A DNA stretch of 31,864 nt, taken from assembly GCA_005884825.1 (NCBI GenBank), contig VAZT01000125.1:1-31864 (forward strand). The letters are read 5' to 3'. Every line of letters begins with the position of its first letter. Position 1 is the stretch's first letter. Below the pieces are notes generated by a model. The model saw only the letters and a program-made list of their open reading frames with translations, had not been told where the DNA came from and did not search any database. The position numbers were made by a program, and so were the translations under genes. Shown here in pieces: positions 7,973-16,838 of the stretch. The stretch comes from Alphaproteobacteria bacterium. GTDB taxonomy: Bacteria; Pseudomonadota; Alphaproteobacteria; ATCC43930; CGMCC-115725.

Positions 7973-9361
7973 ATGCCGGTTCAACGTTTCGCCCCGATGA
8001 CAAAGGATTTTGCGACCTTCGACTGCGACGCCCATGTCACCGAGCCGCCGCTGATCTGGGAGCGGGCCGCGGATTTCCTGACCCGCGACGAACTGGACGC
8101 GTTGAAGGCAACGATCTGGTGGGACGCCGAGAGCCGCCTCCTAATCGTCAACGGCCGCGCCGGTGTCGGGCTCGGCTCGCCGCGCAAGGGCGGCATTCCC
8201 GGGACGATGCGGGTCATCACCAATGCGGGGCCCGGGGTGAAGCATGATATTCAGCGCGCCCTCAACGTGCGCAATTTGAACCCGAAGACCGCGCTGACTC
8301 AGGAGCAGGTGGCCTATCTCGACCATGCCGGCTCCTACGAACCAAAGCCGCGCCTCAAGGACATGGACATTCAGGGCATCGATCAGGTCATGATCATCCC
8401 GACCGAGATCGATATTTATCCCTGGCTGGAGAACGCGCTCGGCGCCAAGGCGTTTTGCCGCGCCTACAACGAATGGGCCTACGAATACACCTTGGCCGAC
8501 CCCGAGCGGCTGTTCTTCGCCGCATTGATCCCGATGCAGCATCCGGATTACGCGGTCGAGGAGGTTCGCCGGGTCGCCGCTCAAGGCTGCCGGGTCGCGC
8601 TCGTCCGCCCGATGGATGCGCTCGGCAATTATCCGCTTCAACCGAAATACGAGCCGGTCTGGGACGCTCTGGAAGAGACCGGCATGGTTTACGGCATGCA
8701 CCCGTTCCCGGCCTTCGGCACCCTCAAGCCCAGCGGCTATAGCGAGCAATATTCGGGCGCCGAGCTGATCCGGCGCACGATCGCAACCGCCGGCCTGCCG
8801 CATTCATTCTTGTCGAACGTGCAAAATTTCCAGGCCGAGGCTGCGCTGTGGGTCACGATGGTCCTGATGTCCGGTTTCTTCGAACGGCACCCGAAGATTA
8901 ACGCCGCGGTGTTCGAGGCATCGTCGACCTGGCTCAGCTTTCTGCTCGACGAATGCGACAAGGCGTACCGGCTCTACCGCAACGAGCGCCAATTGCCGCC
9001 CTTGAAACGCCTGCCGAGCGAGACCTTCGCCGAGCATTGTATGACTGGGTTCGAGGGGGACGAGGCACCGCCGGCGCGCCTGCCGGAATTCTACGGCGAC
9101 ATCCTGGCCTGGTCGTCCGACGTCTATCACCATGACGGCGACGACGCCTGGCGGGCGATCGAGACGATGCAGAAATATGGCCTGCCGGTCGAAAACCAGG
9201 CCAAGTTCCTCGGCGGCAATGCCCGCCGCCTCTATAAGGTGCAGGCCCCGCGCCAGATCATCCGTGATCGCGTCACCGAGATCGAGCGCCCCGATTGGTG
9301 GCCGACCGAAGAGGAAATCCGCGCCTCGCTACGCCCGGAGGCGGCGATCACTCGAGGTTAA
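7973..9361 (+). CDS. Amidohydrolase_2 family metal-dependent hydrolase/decarboxylase (462 aa)
   Basis: FDCDAHVTEP, RLKDMDIQGIDQVMIIPT, AYNEWAYEY, YGMHP, beta-8 WSSDVYHHD; GGGAGGA RBS before ATG 7973. Confidence 0.9.
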   Translation: MPVQRFAPMTKDFATFDCDAHVTEPPLIWERAADFLTRDELDALKATIWWDAESRLLIVNGRAGVGLGSPRKGGIPGTMRVITNAGPGVKHDIQRALNVRNLNPKTALTQEQVAYLDHAGSYEPKPRLKDMDIQGIDQVMIIPTEIDIYPWLENALGAKAFCRAYNEWAYEYTLADPERLFFAALIPMQHPDYAVEEVRRVAAQGCRVALVRPMDALGNYPLQPKYEPVWDALEETGMVYGMHPFPAFGTLKPSGYSEQYSGAELIRRTIATAGLPHSFLSNVQNFQAEAALWVTMVLMSGFFERHPKINAAVFEASSTWLSFLLDECDKAYRLYRNERQLPPLKRLPSETFAEHCMTGFEGDEAPPARLPEFYGDILAWSSDVYHHDGDDAWRAIETMQKYGLPVENQAKFLGGNARRLYKVQAPRQIIRDRVTEIERPDWWPTEEEIRASLRPEAAITRG

Positions 9362-9385
9362 TGGAGCCAAAAGGGAGTACAGTAG

Positions 9386-10441
9386 ATGCCGCACGCTCTC
9401 TACGTTTGCCTGCAAGACGATGACAAGATTGCGTCCTTCGCGATTGACGCGGAAAGCGGCCGTCTAACGGCGCAGGCGGACGTGCCGGCTGTCGGCGGGC
9501 CGTCTGTGCTGGCGATCAGCCCGGATCGGAGAACCCTCTACCTCGGGCATCGCACCCAGCCGGCGATCTCGAGCTTCCGGATCGACCATGGTACCGGGGG
9601 ACTCACGTCGCTGGGCACCGTCTCAGCCATGCATCCGCCGACCTTTCTGGCACCCGACCGCACCGGGCGGTATCTGCTGTCCTGCTATTATCAAGGTGGC
9701 GGCGTGGCGGTGCACCACCTTGGGTCGCAAGGCGCAGTCGGCGCTCCGTCCCTCGATTGGCTGGCCACGGCGACCGGTGCCCACGCGATAGCGACCGATC
9801 CCTCCAACCAGTTCGCGTTTGTGCCGCATATCGCGCGTCTCAACGACAACGTCCTGGAGCCGCCGAAGGAGAACCCTGGCCCTAATATGATCATGCAGTT
9901 CCGGTTCGATGCGCAGACCGGCCGGCTGGCCCCCAATTCTCCGGCGCGGGTCGAGCCCGCCGAACGCCTCGGTCCACGCCACTACTGTTTTCATCCTACC
10001 CAGGATCTCGTTTACTTCTCCAACGAGCAGGGCTGCAGTGTAACGGGCTATCGGCTCGAGCGGGCGACCGGCACCCTCTCTCCTATGCAAACCATCACGA
10101 GCCTGCCTGCCGGGTTCACTGCCCGGAACACCTGCTCCCAGATTCACCTGACGCCGTCGGGGAAATTCCTCTATGTGGCCAATCGCGGCCACAACAGCAT
10201 CGCCGGGTTCGCCGTCGACGGCACCGGACATTTGACATCCGTCGGGCATGTGCCTACCGAAGCGGTCCCCAGCGCGTTCGGGCTCGACCCTGCCGGCCGT
10301 TTTCTCTTCGCCACCGGCACGGCGTCCGGCCGACTGGCGTCGTACCGCATCAATAGCGAGACGGGTGCATTGTCACCATTGGCAACTTATGGCGTGGGCC
10401 AGCGACCCGCGGCGGTGCTGGCGGCCCGCCTCGGCGGTTAG
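9386..10441 (+). CDS. Lactonase family beta-propeller protein (6-phosphogluconolactonase/cycloisomerase-like)
   Basis: Repeated blades; HAIATDPSNQFAFVP, GPRHYCFHP, CSQIHLTPSGKFLYVANRGHNSIAGF, PSAFGLDPAGRFL. Confidence 0.92.
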   Translation: MPHALYVCLQDDDKIASFAIDAESGRLTAQADVPAVGGPSVLAISPDRRTLYLGHRTQPAISSFRIDHGTGGLTSLGTVSAMHPPTFLAPDRTGRYLLSCYYQGGGVAVHHLGSQGAVGAPSLDWLATATGAHAIATDPSNQFAFVPHIARLNDNVLEPPKENPGPNMIMQFRFDAQTGRLAPNSPARVEPAERLGPRHYCFHPTQDLVYFSNEQGCSVTGYRLERATGTLSPMQTITSLPAGFTARNTCSQIHLTPSGKFLYVANRGHNSIAGFAVDGTGHLTSVGHVPTEAVPSAFGLDPAGRFLFATGTASGRLASYRINSETGALSPLATYGVGQRPAAVLAARLGG

Positions 10442-10470
10442 CCGCGCGCAGCGTCGGCATGGAGAAGCTG

Positions 10471-11763
10471 ATGATGACGAAAGGCTTTGCGGTGTTCGAC
10501 GGCGACAGCCACGTCGTCGAGCCGCCCGAGCTGTGGGAGAAATATCTCGAGCCGGAATACCGCACGCTCGGAAAACACGCGCTGTGGCGGCATGAAGGCC
10601 GGACCGGATCGTATCTGAAGATCAACGGCGAGATCTTCCGCGACACAACGAACCCCAATCTGCCGCGACATGCGCTATGGCGACCCGGCATGAATTGGGA
10701 TGCGGTCGGGGAGCTTGACCCGAACACGAGGCATCCCATGAACGAAGGAGCTTGGGACCCGCAGGCCCGCCTCGCCGACATGGACGCGATGGGAATAGAC
10801 CAGACGCTTTTATATCCGACTTGGTTCGCCGAAGGGTTCTTTCTGGTGCGCGACCCGGATGTGGCGTATGCGCTGGCCCGCGCCTACAACGACTGGATAA
10901 CCGACTTCTGCAAGACCGCGCCGCAACAGCTTTTTGCCGCCGCGATACTGCCGCTGCAGGACATGGATTTCGCACTGGAGGAATTGCAGCGGGTGGCGCG
11001 AGTGCGATGTTTTCGCGCCGTCTTTATCCGGCCGATGTTTCTTGAAGGCCGCTATCTGAACCACCCCTATTACGACCCGCTCTGGGCGGAGCTGGAGCGG
11101 CTGGGGATCACGGCGGCGGTGCATTCGACGCCTGGCCTGTGGAACCCGGAGTGGACTTCGCACGGTCCGTTCTTCGAGAAAATCAAGGATCGGCTCGTGC
11201 AGCCGGCGCTCCCCGGGGGAGGCGGTGGACCATTTGCCGGCGGCAGCAGCGGCGCGCCCGGGACTACCACCTTCACTGGCGCCACCCCGCTCGGGCATCC
11301 GCTGGCGCCAATCCTCGCCAATTGGCTCGACAACCACATGTTCGTTGCATCGACCCTGATCGGCTTTACGGTCATGGAGCGCTATCCGGCGATGAAAGTC
11401 GTCGTGGCCCATGGCAAGGCCTCCTGGATGCAGGAAGTCATCGAGAAGATGGAAGCCTCGACCCGGGTGATCCCGCTGCTGCATCATTATCCGGTCAGCA
11501 CCGAGCCGGAAGAGATGTGGGAGCACGGCAACGTCATGCTCGGCTTTGATGCCGAGGAAAGGCTGGTCCGGAAACTGCCGCATGATTTTGCAGCGAAGGT
11601 CGTCTGGGGCTCGCGTTACCCGCACCACGATGCAACGAGCGCCTGGGATGCAATAGCCCAGTTGCGCAATGCCAATGTACCAGAGACTCTGATCGCCCGA
11701 ATGATGGGGCAGAACGCCGCCCATCAATTCGGCGTCGAGACTGTTCGCTACACTGCGGTATAG
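10471..11763 (+). CDS. Amidohydrolase_2 family protein, with Arg in place of the beta-8 Asp
   Basis: FDGDSHVVEP, RLADMDAMGIDQTLLYPT, ARAYNDW, AVHSTP, WGSRYPHHD. Start is 10459, 10471 or 10474; GGAG favours 10471. Confidence 0.88.
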   Translation: MMTKGFAVFDGDSHVVEPPELWEKYLEPEYRTLGKHALWRHEGRTGSYLKINGEIFRDTTNPNLPRHALWRPGMNWDAVGELDPNTRHPMNEGAWDPQARLADMDAMGIDQTLLYPTWFAEGFFLVRDPDVAYALARAYNDWITDFCKTAPQQLFAAAILPLQDMDFALEELQRVARVRCFRAVFIRPMFLEGRYLNHPYYDPLWAELERLGITAAVHSTPGLWNPEWTSHGPFFEKIKDRLVQPALPGGGGGPFAGGSSGAPGTTTFTGATPLGHPLAPILANWLDNHMFVASTLIGFTVMERYPAMKVVVAHGKASWMQEVIEKMEASTRVIPLLHHYPVSTEPEEMWEHGNVMLGFDAEERLVRKLPHDFAAKVVWGSRYPHHDATSAWDAIAQLRNANVPETLIARMMGQNAAHQFGVETVRYTAV

Positions 11764-11985
11764 TTTGGCTCTTGCCGCATACGAGCGGCGGGCGATTGGC
11801 GTCCGCGCAACGTCTGCCGGAACTCCGGGGCAGTAAACGCCAACGAGATCAGGAAGGTGCACGCGACAAACTCGGGCGGATACCGCCGCCATCCGCAAGC
11901 GACGCGAGGAAACCGGCCACATCATGGGTGATGTTACAAAACGAGCAGAAGATCGTGCGGATGTCTCCTCGCAGGAGCCCTCGCC

Positions 11986-13089
11986 ATGTTGATTCGTGCC
12001 GTCCTTGCTGTTGGCCTCATCAGCATCGCTGCACCTGCCGCCGCCGAGCCCGAAAATTCCAACTGGCCCAACTACCAGGAGGCCAATTTCATCATCAAAG
12101 ACTACAAATTCGCCAGCGGCGAGACGCTACCCCAGCTGAAACTGCACTATCGCACTCTCGGCTCTGCGGAGCGCAACGCCGCCGGCGAGATCACCAATGG
12201 CGTGCTGCTGTTGCAGGGCAATACCGGCACGGGCGCCAACTGGCTGCGGCCGACCTTGGCCGACGAGCTGTTCAAGGAGGGACAGCCGTTGGATGCCGGG
12301 CGCTACTTCATCATTATCCCCGACGCCCTCGGTCGCGGCGGCTCGAGCAAACCGTCGGACGGGCTCAAAGGCAGTTTCCCGCACTACCGCTATCACGACA
12401 TGGTCGACAGCGCTCACCGGCTGGTAACCGACGGGCTCGAGGTCGCCCATCTGCGTCTGGTCATCGGCAGTTCGCTGGGTTGCATGCACAGTTTTCTGTG
12501 GGCCGAGATGTATCCCGATCTGATGGACGGGATCGTCGGCCTTTCCTGTCAGCCGGTCGAGGTCAGCGGGCGCAATTGGATCATGCGCCGCGCCGCGGCC
12601 GAGGCAATCCGCCACGACCCGGACTGGAAGAACGGCAATTACGACAAAAACCCGACCCACTACATCTACAGCGCGGCGGCGGGGTCGTTGATGCCAGAGA
12701 GCGCCGCGCGCATCCAGGAAATGGCGCCAACCCGCGCTGCCGCCGACCGGCTGTATGATGAGCGGGTAGCGCGGATCGCAAAGGGCGACGCCAACGATTC
12801 TTTGTGGGCGATCGAATCGATCGAGGACTACAGCCCCGAGGCCGATCTTCCCAAGATCAAGGCCAAGGTGCTGCTGATCAACACAGTGGAGGATGTCGCC
12901 AACCCGCCCGAGCTAGGCACGGTCGAGCGTGCGATGACGGAGATCAAGGAGGGCCGCTACGTGTTGATCCCATTCAGCGACAAAACTCATGGACATTTCA
13001 CTCATTACTACGCTGCCGTATGGAAACCCTATCTGATCAGCTTCATGGGAACGCTCCGCCCCGCGGCAGCGGCTGGAGGAACGAGATGA
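11986..13089 (+). CDS. Secreted alpha/beta hydrolase, homoserine O-acetyltransferase (MetX)-like fold
   Basis: Signal-like N-terminus MLIRAVLAVGLISIAAPAAA; FASGETLPQLKLHYRTLG; nucleophile GSSLG; C-terminal THGHFTH; AGGAG RBS. Confidence 0.88.
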   Translation: MLIRAVLAVGLISIAAPAAAEPENSNWPNYQEANFIIKDYKFASGETLPQLKLHYRTLGSAERNAAGEITNGVLLLQGNTGTGANWLRPTLADELFKEGQPLDAGRYFIIIPDALGRGGSSKPSDGLKGSFPHYRYHDMVDSAHRLVTDGLEVAHLRLVIGSSLGCMHSFLWAEMYPDLMDGIVGLSCQPVEVSGRNWIMRRAAAEAIRHDPDWKNGNYDKNPTHYIYSAAAGSLMPESAARIQEMAPTRAAADRLYDERVARIAKGDANDSLWAIESIEDYSPEADLPKIKAKVLLINTVEDVANPPELGTVERAMTEIKEGRYVLIPFSDKTHGHFTHYYAAVWKPYLISFMGTLRPAAAAGGTR

Positions 13090-13181
13090 TGGAGGAGGTT
13101 CGGCTCGGTGCACCTTGCGGTAGGCTGGACAAGCGCCGCAGGTTCGCCAATCGACCGGGCATGAGCGGCGCCGCTCTTTGA
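13086..13181 (+). other. 31-codon ORF translationally coupled to the hydrolase (possible stump of a displaced gene)
   Basis: GGAGGA 5 nt before ATG 13086, ATGA overlap with the upstream stop; MMEEVRLGAPCGRLDKRRRFANRPGMSGAAL; no family recognised. Confidence 0.3.
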
Positions 13182-13184
13182 GGT
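13174..13184 (+). repeat. 11-bp direct repeat CTCTTTGAGGT, left copy
   Basis: Identical to 16839-16849; both lie in spacers flanking the MFS-ku-FHA block. Confidence 0.4.
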
Positions 13185-13266
13185 CGTGATCTGAGGATGC
13201 TGCTGGTCTGCACCGCCGGGCGAAACACCGATCCTAATGCGAACGGGGAAGCTCCTTCAATCATTG

Positions 13267-14500
13267 TCAGCTGGGTTCGCCGGCAGGCCGACGCAGCGCT
13301 CGAGCGACGGGCAATGCCGCAGCGCAGAAGAGCGCCATGACCCAGAACCCGTGCGCTCCGAAATGGGCATAGAGCTGGCCCGAGGCGAGCGTCAGCAACG
13401 CTGTCGGAACGCCAATGCCGACGGTGCCGTAGATCGTTAATGCGGTGGCGGCAAGGTGATGCGGAACGTTTTCTGCCAGGAGCCGCAGGCAGGTCAGGTG
13501 CAGGAGCGCGAAAGTCAGCCCGTGCAGCGGCTCTATGGCCGCCATCGCGGGGAGCCAGGCGGTCTCCGCCATGGTCGCCCAGCGCACGATTCCGGCAGCG
13601 GCGGCGAGCATCGCGGCCCCCGCCGGGCCGAGACGATCGAGCAACGGGCGGCCAACGAAGAAGAACACGATAACCTCGGCGGCGACCGACAGTGACCACA
13701 GTAGTCCGGCGGGGCCCGGCGCGATCCCGGACGCACCCCAGCGGATCACGGCAAAGCTGTCGTGCATCGCGTGGCTACCGAGGATCAATGCGGCGACGAG
13801 AACGATGCGGCGATAGAGCGGCAGCCGCAGCAGCGCTCCGAGCCCCGGAGCCATCGTTTTGTCCATCGCGGGCCGGGCAGCATCCGGCGTCGGCAGCAAA
13901 ACTGGCACATTTCGAGCGGCAAAGGCCGCCGCGGCGAGAAGTCCGGCATTCAGCCAGATCACCGTGATGATACCAAATCGCCCGATCGCCTGACCGGACA
14001 GCACCGTTCCGATAATGAAGGCAGCGGAGCCAGCACCACGCAACCAGCCGTAGTAGAAGCCGTGCGCGGACGGAGCGTTCAGTCGGGCAGGAACTGCGCT
14101 GCCGAGAGCCAGCGTATCGCTGAGCGGCGCAAGCGGAGCCAATGCTGCCGAATGGATCACGCCGACGATCAACAGCGGCCATAAGCCCCGCGCCGGCAGA
14201 TACCCCAGGGCGATCAATCCGGCGGCGGCCGAGCAAATGATGAGGACCGCCTTCGGGGCATCGAGCCTGTCGGCTAAGCGGCCAGCCGCCGGCCCGGCCG
14301 CCAAGCGGATTGCAAGTGCCGGCAGCCAGCACCAACGCGATCGCCTCCGAGGGCAGGCCGCGGCTGTCAAGAAGGCTCGGCAGATAAGGCGACTGAACGC
14401 CGAAGGCGGCATAAAGCGCGCCATACAGGACGAGAAACCGTGCAAGTGGGTTGCGAAGGGCGATCAGAAAGTTCGATCTTGCATAATGGCCCCGCGACAC
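13267..14500 (-). pseudogene. MFS transporter, HcaT/MFS_1-like (3-phenylpropionate permease-like), with a 1-nt frameshift at about 14314
   Basis: Frame A: FLVLYGALYAAFGVQSPYLPSLLDSRGL..AIALVLAAGT. Frame B continues AIRLAAGPAAGRLADRL, YYGWLRGAGSAAFI, AIEPLHGLTFALLHL. Junction GGC ACT T GCA ATC carries one extra T. May be a sequencing error. Confidence 0.85.
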
Positions 14501-14504
14501 ACGA

Positions 14505-15557
14505 TCAAGCCTTCCTGCGTCGTCTGGTACCGATCGTAGCCGGCCCGGCCGATCGCTCTCCGTTCCTTTTCGACCTCCCGGAGAGCGGTAACAACAATGC
14601 CGCCTGTCGCCGATCAGGCGCCGCCCTGTTCGGTTTCTGTCGGCTCGCAGCAGACCGTTTCTGGGTCGGAGCTTCCTCCGCGAGGCTGCGCTTCAAAGCG
14701 GCCATCAAATCGATTACGGGCGACGGTGTCGAAACCGCCCCCGGCTTGACGGCAAGCCCTTGCATTTTGGCCTCGATCAGCTGCTGCAGCGCCTCTTGAT
14801 AGCCGTCGCGGAACGTTCCCGGGTCGAATTTCCCTGTCCGCTGTCTGATGATCGCGCCGGCTATGGCCACCATCTCGGCATCGAGGTCGCCGTTGGCGCT
14901 GTCAAATTGTGATGCCCTAACTTCGGCGGCAGCTCGGAGCGTGAACAGCGCCATTCCGGTCCCGCGCGGTTCGATCATCACCATCCGCTCACGTCGGCTC
15001 AGAGTGAGCCGTCCGAGCCCGGCAACCCCCGCTTCGGCCATTGCCGCACCGATCACCCGGAGCGTTTCCACCGCGATCGGGCCGTCGGGGTAGACATAGT
15101 ACGGGCTGTCGAAATAAACGGGATCGATGTCGTTGCGCGTCAGGAATTTCTCCAGATCGATCACCTTCGAGCTTTCGACATCGAGGGCCTTCAGCTCCTC
15201 GGTGGTAAACGTGACGAATTGGCCGCGATTATATTCGTATCCTTTGACGATCTCCCTTTTCTCGATCTCCTCGCCGGTTCTGGGGTCATGCGGGCGGAGC
15301 GTGATTCGGGTGGCTGCGCTGCTCTGATCCGCTACATCCTCGTCGGCATCGCGTGCCACCATCGTCGCCCCGGATGTATTACCAGTATCCTGTCCGCGGC
15401 CTCGATCCGGCAAGCCGTCCTCGCCCTCATCGACCGACGCCGGTCGCCACACCTGGTGCAAGCGGACGGATTTCGTGCGGGTCGTCGCCGGCGACAGGTA
15501 GATCGGGCACGACACCAGAGAAAGGCGCAGGAAACCTCGCCAGCTCGCTCGTGGCAT
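14505..15557 (-). CDS. ku: Non-homologous end-joining protein Ku with a ~45-aa acidic insertion
   Basis: MPRASWRGFLRLSLVSCPIYL, GEEIEKREIVKGYEY, IDLEKF, IDPVYFDSPYY, FDPGTFRDGY, basic C-terminal tail RRRRKA; GGGAGGG RBS before ATG 15557. Confidence 0.95.
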   Translation of the reverse strand: MPRASWRGFLRLSLVSCPIYLSPATTRTKSVRLHQVWRPASVDEGEDGLPDRGRGQDTGNTSGATMVARDADEDVADQSSAATRITLRPHDPRTGEEIEKREIVKGYEYNRGQFVTFTTEELKALDVESSKVIDLEKFLTRNDIDPVYFDSPYYVYPDGPIAVETLRVIGAAMAEAGVAGLGRLTLSRRERMVMIEPRGTGMALFTLRAAAEVRASQFDSANGDLDAEMVAIAGAIIRQRTGKFDPGTFRDGYQEALQQLIEAKMQGLAVKPGAVSTPSPVIDLMAALKRSLAEEAPTQKRSAASRQKPNRAAPDRRQAALLLPLSGRSKRNGERSAGPATIGTRRRRKA

Positions 15558-15834
15558 AACCAACCCTCCCGTTGCAACGCATCAAGTCAACGGGTGGCGA
15601 GGAAACAATGATCCTGTTCGGCGACGCTCGCCAACAGACATTTACCAAAGACCTCAAGGGTCGCCCGTCAGCCGCTCAGGCTGATCTGGGCCGGTCAGCC
15701 TAGGGGCGTGTATTCACAGACGCGGCGACTTTTCGAGAGAGGCGACCAGCGCGCCGCGCGAACCACACTGCGATAAAATTTAGGCGCGGCGAGATCCTCG
15801 GGGAGACCGAGGGTCCGATCCAGCGCCTCGTGTA

Positions 15835-16461
15835 TTACGACAATCGGGGCAACGCTAGCGGTCCAGGTATGCACACAGAAAAGACAAACGGTGACTCCGC
15901 GCCCCCGGCAATCACTTCATTCTCTCCAGCTCGCAGCAGGGCATCATCAGTGCAGAACTTGCCGCCGATGGGCTGACCATTCACCATAGTTCCAAGGGTG
16001 CTGCGGAGGTCTCGCACAAGGTAACCTTCCTGGCACTGCTCGATCATGAAGTGGTTCCGCGATAGCCTGAATGGCCCGGTGTCATCGAGCATGAGATCAG
16101 GCTGCCTCGGCGGCAGCCCCTCGCCTGCAACCGGACGCCGGCCAACAACGAACGGCCGATTGCCGAGCCGGACCGGGTTGTGCAATTGGCGCTGCAACCA
16201 TAGATTACTGGCAGCGAGATAGGCGTTATCGATGGGATAGCCATCCCCGGTGAGTTTCACGATGAAGTCGTCAAGAGTCTGGCAGACGATCGCGGCCGGG
16301 GCGGGACCCTTACCAGATGCCTTGATCTCGGCATTTCGCGCGTAATATGCGTGTTCAACCCGATGATAAGGATAGCTGCGGGTCAACCCCTTGCCCGCGG
16401 TCCACATATCGAATGCATACCCGTCAGCACCACTCAGAACTGGTCCGAAAACGACATTCAT
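15835..16461 (-). CDS. FHA-domain protein with an N-terminal domain of unknown function (208 aa)
   Basis: C-terminal half has FHA motifs FVVGRR, LSRNHFMI and VRDLRSTLGTMVNG; residues 1-73 align with ORF 789-1046. ATG 16461 follows GGGGA and the upstream stop. Confidence 0.85.
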   Translation of the reverse strand: MNVVFGPVLSGADGYAFDMWTAGKGLTRSYPYHRVEHAYYARNAEIKASGKGPAPAAIVCQTLDDFIVKLTGDGYPIDNAYLAASNLWLQRQLHNPVRLGNRPFVVGRRPVAGEGLPPRQPDLMLDDTGPFRLSRNHFMIEQCQEGYLVRDLRSTLGTMVNGQPIGGKFCTDDALLRAGENEVIAGGAESPFVFSVCIPGPLALPRLS

Positions 16462-16463
16462 GT

Positions 16464-16610
16464 TCAGCAATCCCCATGGGCGGCGAGCCGATTACGTATG
16501 GCCGAGCAGAACAGCGCTGGAAGCAGGGCGGTCGTCCCTGAAGCGATAAACACGGCTATGATTCTCTCCGCTCGGGTCCATCTCCGCCAATCGGCTTTCA
16601 GATCTTTCAT
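16464..16610 (-). CDS. 48-aa small membrane protein
   Basis: MKDLKADWRRWTRAERIIAVFIASGTTALLPALFCSAIRNRLAAHGDC; GAGGG RBS before ATG 16610; stop 2 nt before the FHA-gene ATG. Confidence 0.65.
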   Translation of the reverse strand: MKDLKADWRRWTRAERIIAVFIASGTTALLPALFCSAIRNRLAAHGDC

Positions 16611-16672
16611 GCACCCTCGCAACGGGCTCTCGAAGCACAACAAAACTAGGGTGCCGTGCGATCCAGAGCTAA

Positions 16673-16706
16673 TTAAGCGCTGTAAATCTCGGTAAACAAT
16701 GGTGAA
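16673..16706 (-). promoter_or_regulatory. Degenerate CtrA-type half-site array TTCA-N7-TTAC-N6-TTAC-N5-TTAA
   Basis: Minus strand TTCAccattgtTTACcgagatTTACagcgcTTAA, ending 62 nt before ATG 16610; mirrors the array at 1352-1386. Confidence 0.5.
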
Positions 16707-16838
16707 CGAAACCATAGCTCAACGGGTTGACGAGCGTATCCTCGCGGTCACCGGCTATGGCTGACATATTGCCCAGTAACCCATATCGGGAGCCCACGCG
16801 ATTCCCGGAAATCCCGGAGTTTGGGAGACGAGGATCGC

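Noticed and set aside
15558-15660. EcfG/sigmaT promoter (GGAAC-N16/17-CGTT) upstream of ku
   Set aside because: CGAAC and CGTT occur, but 23 nt apart, which does not fit the spacing.
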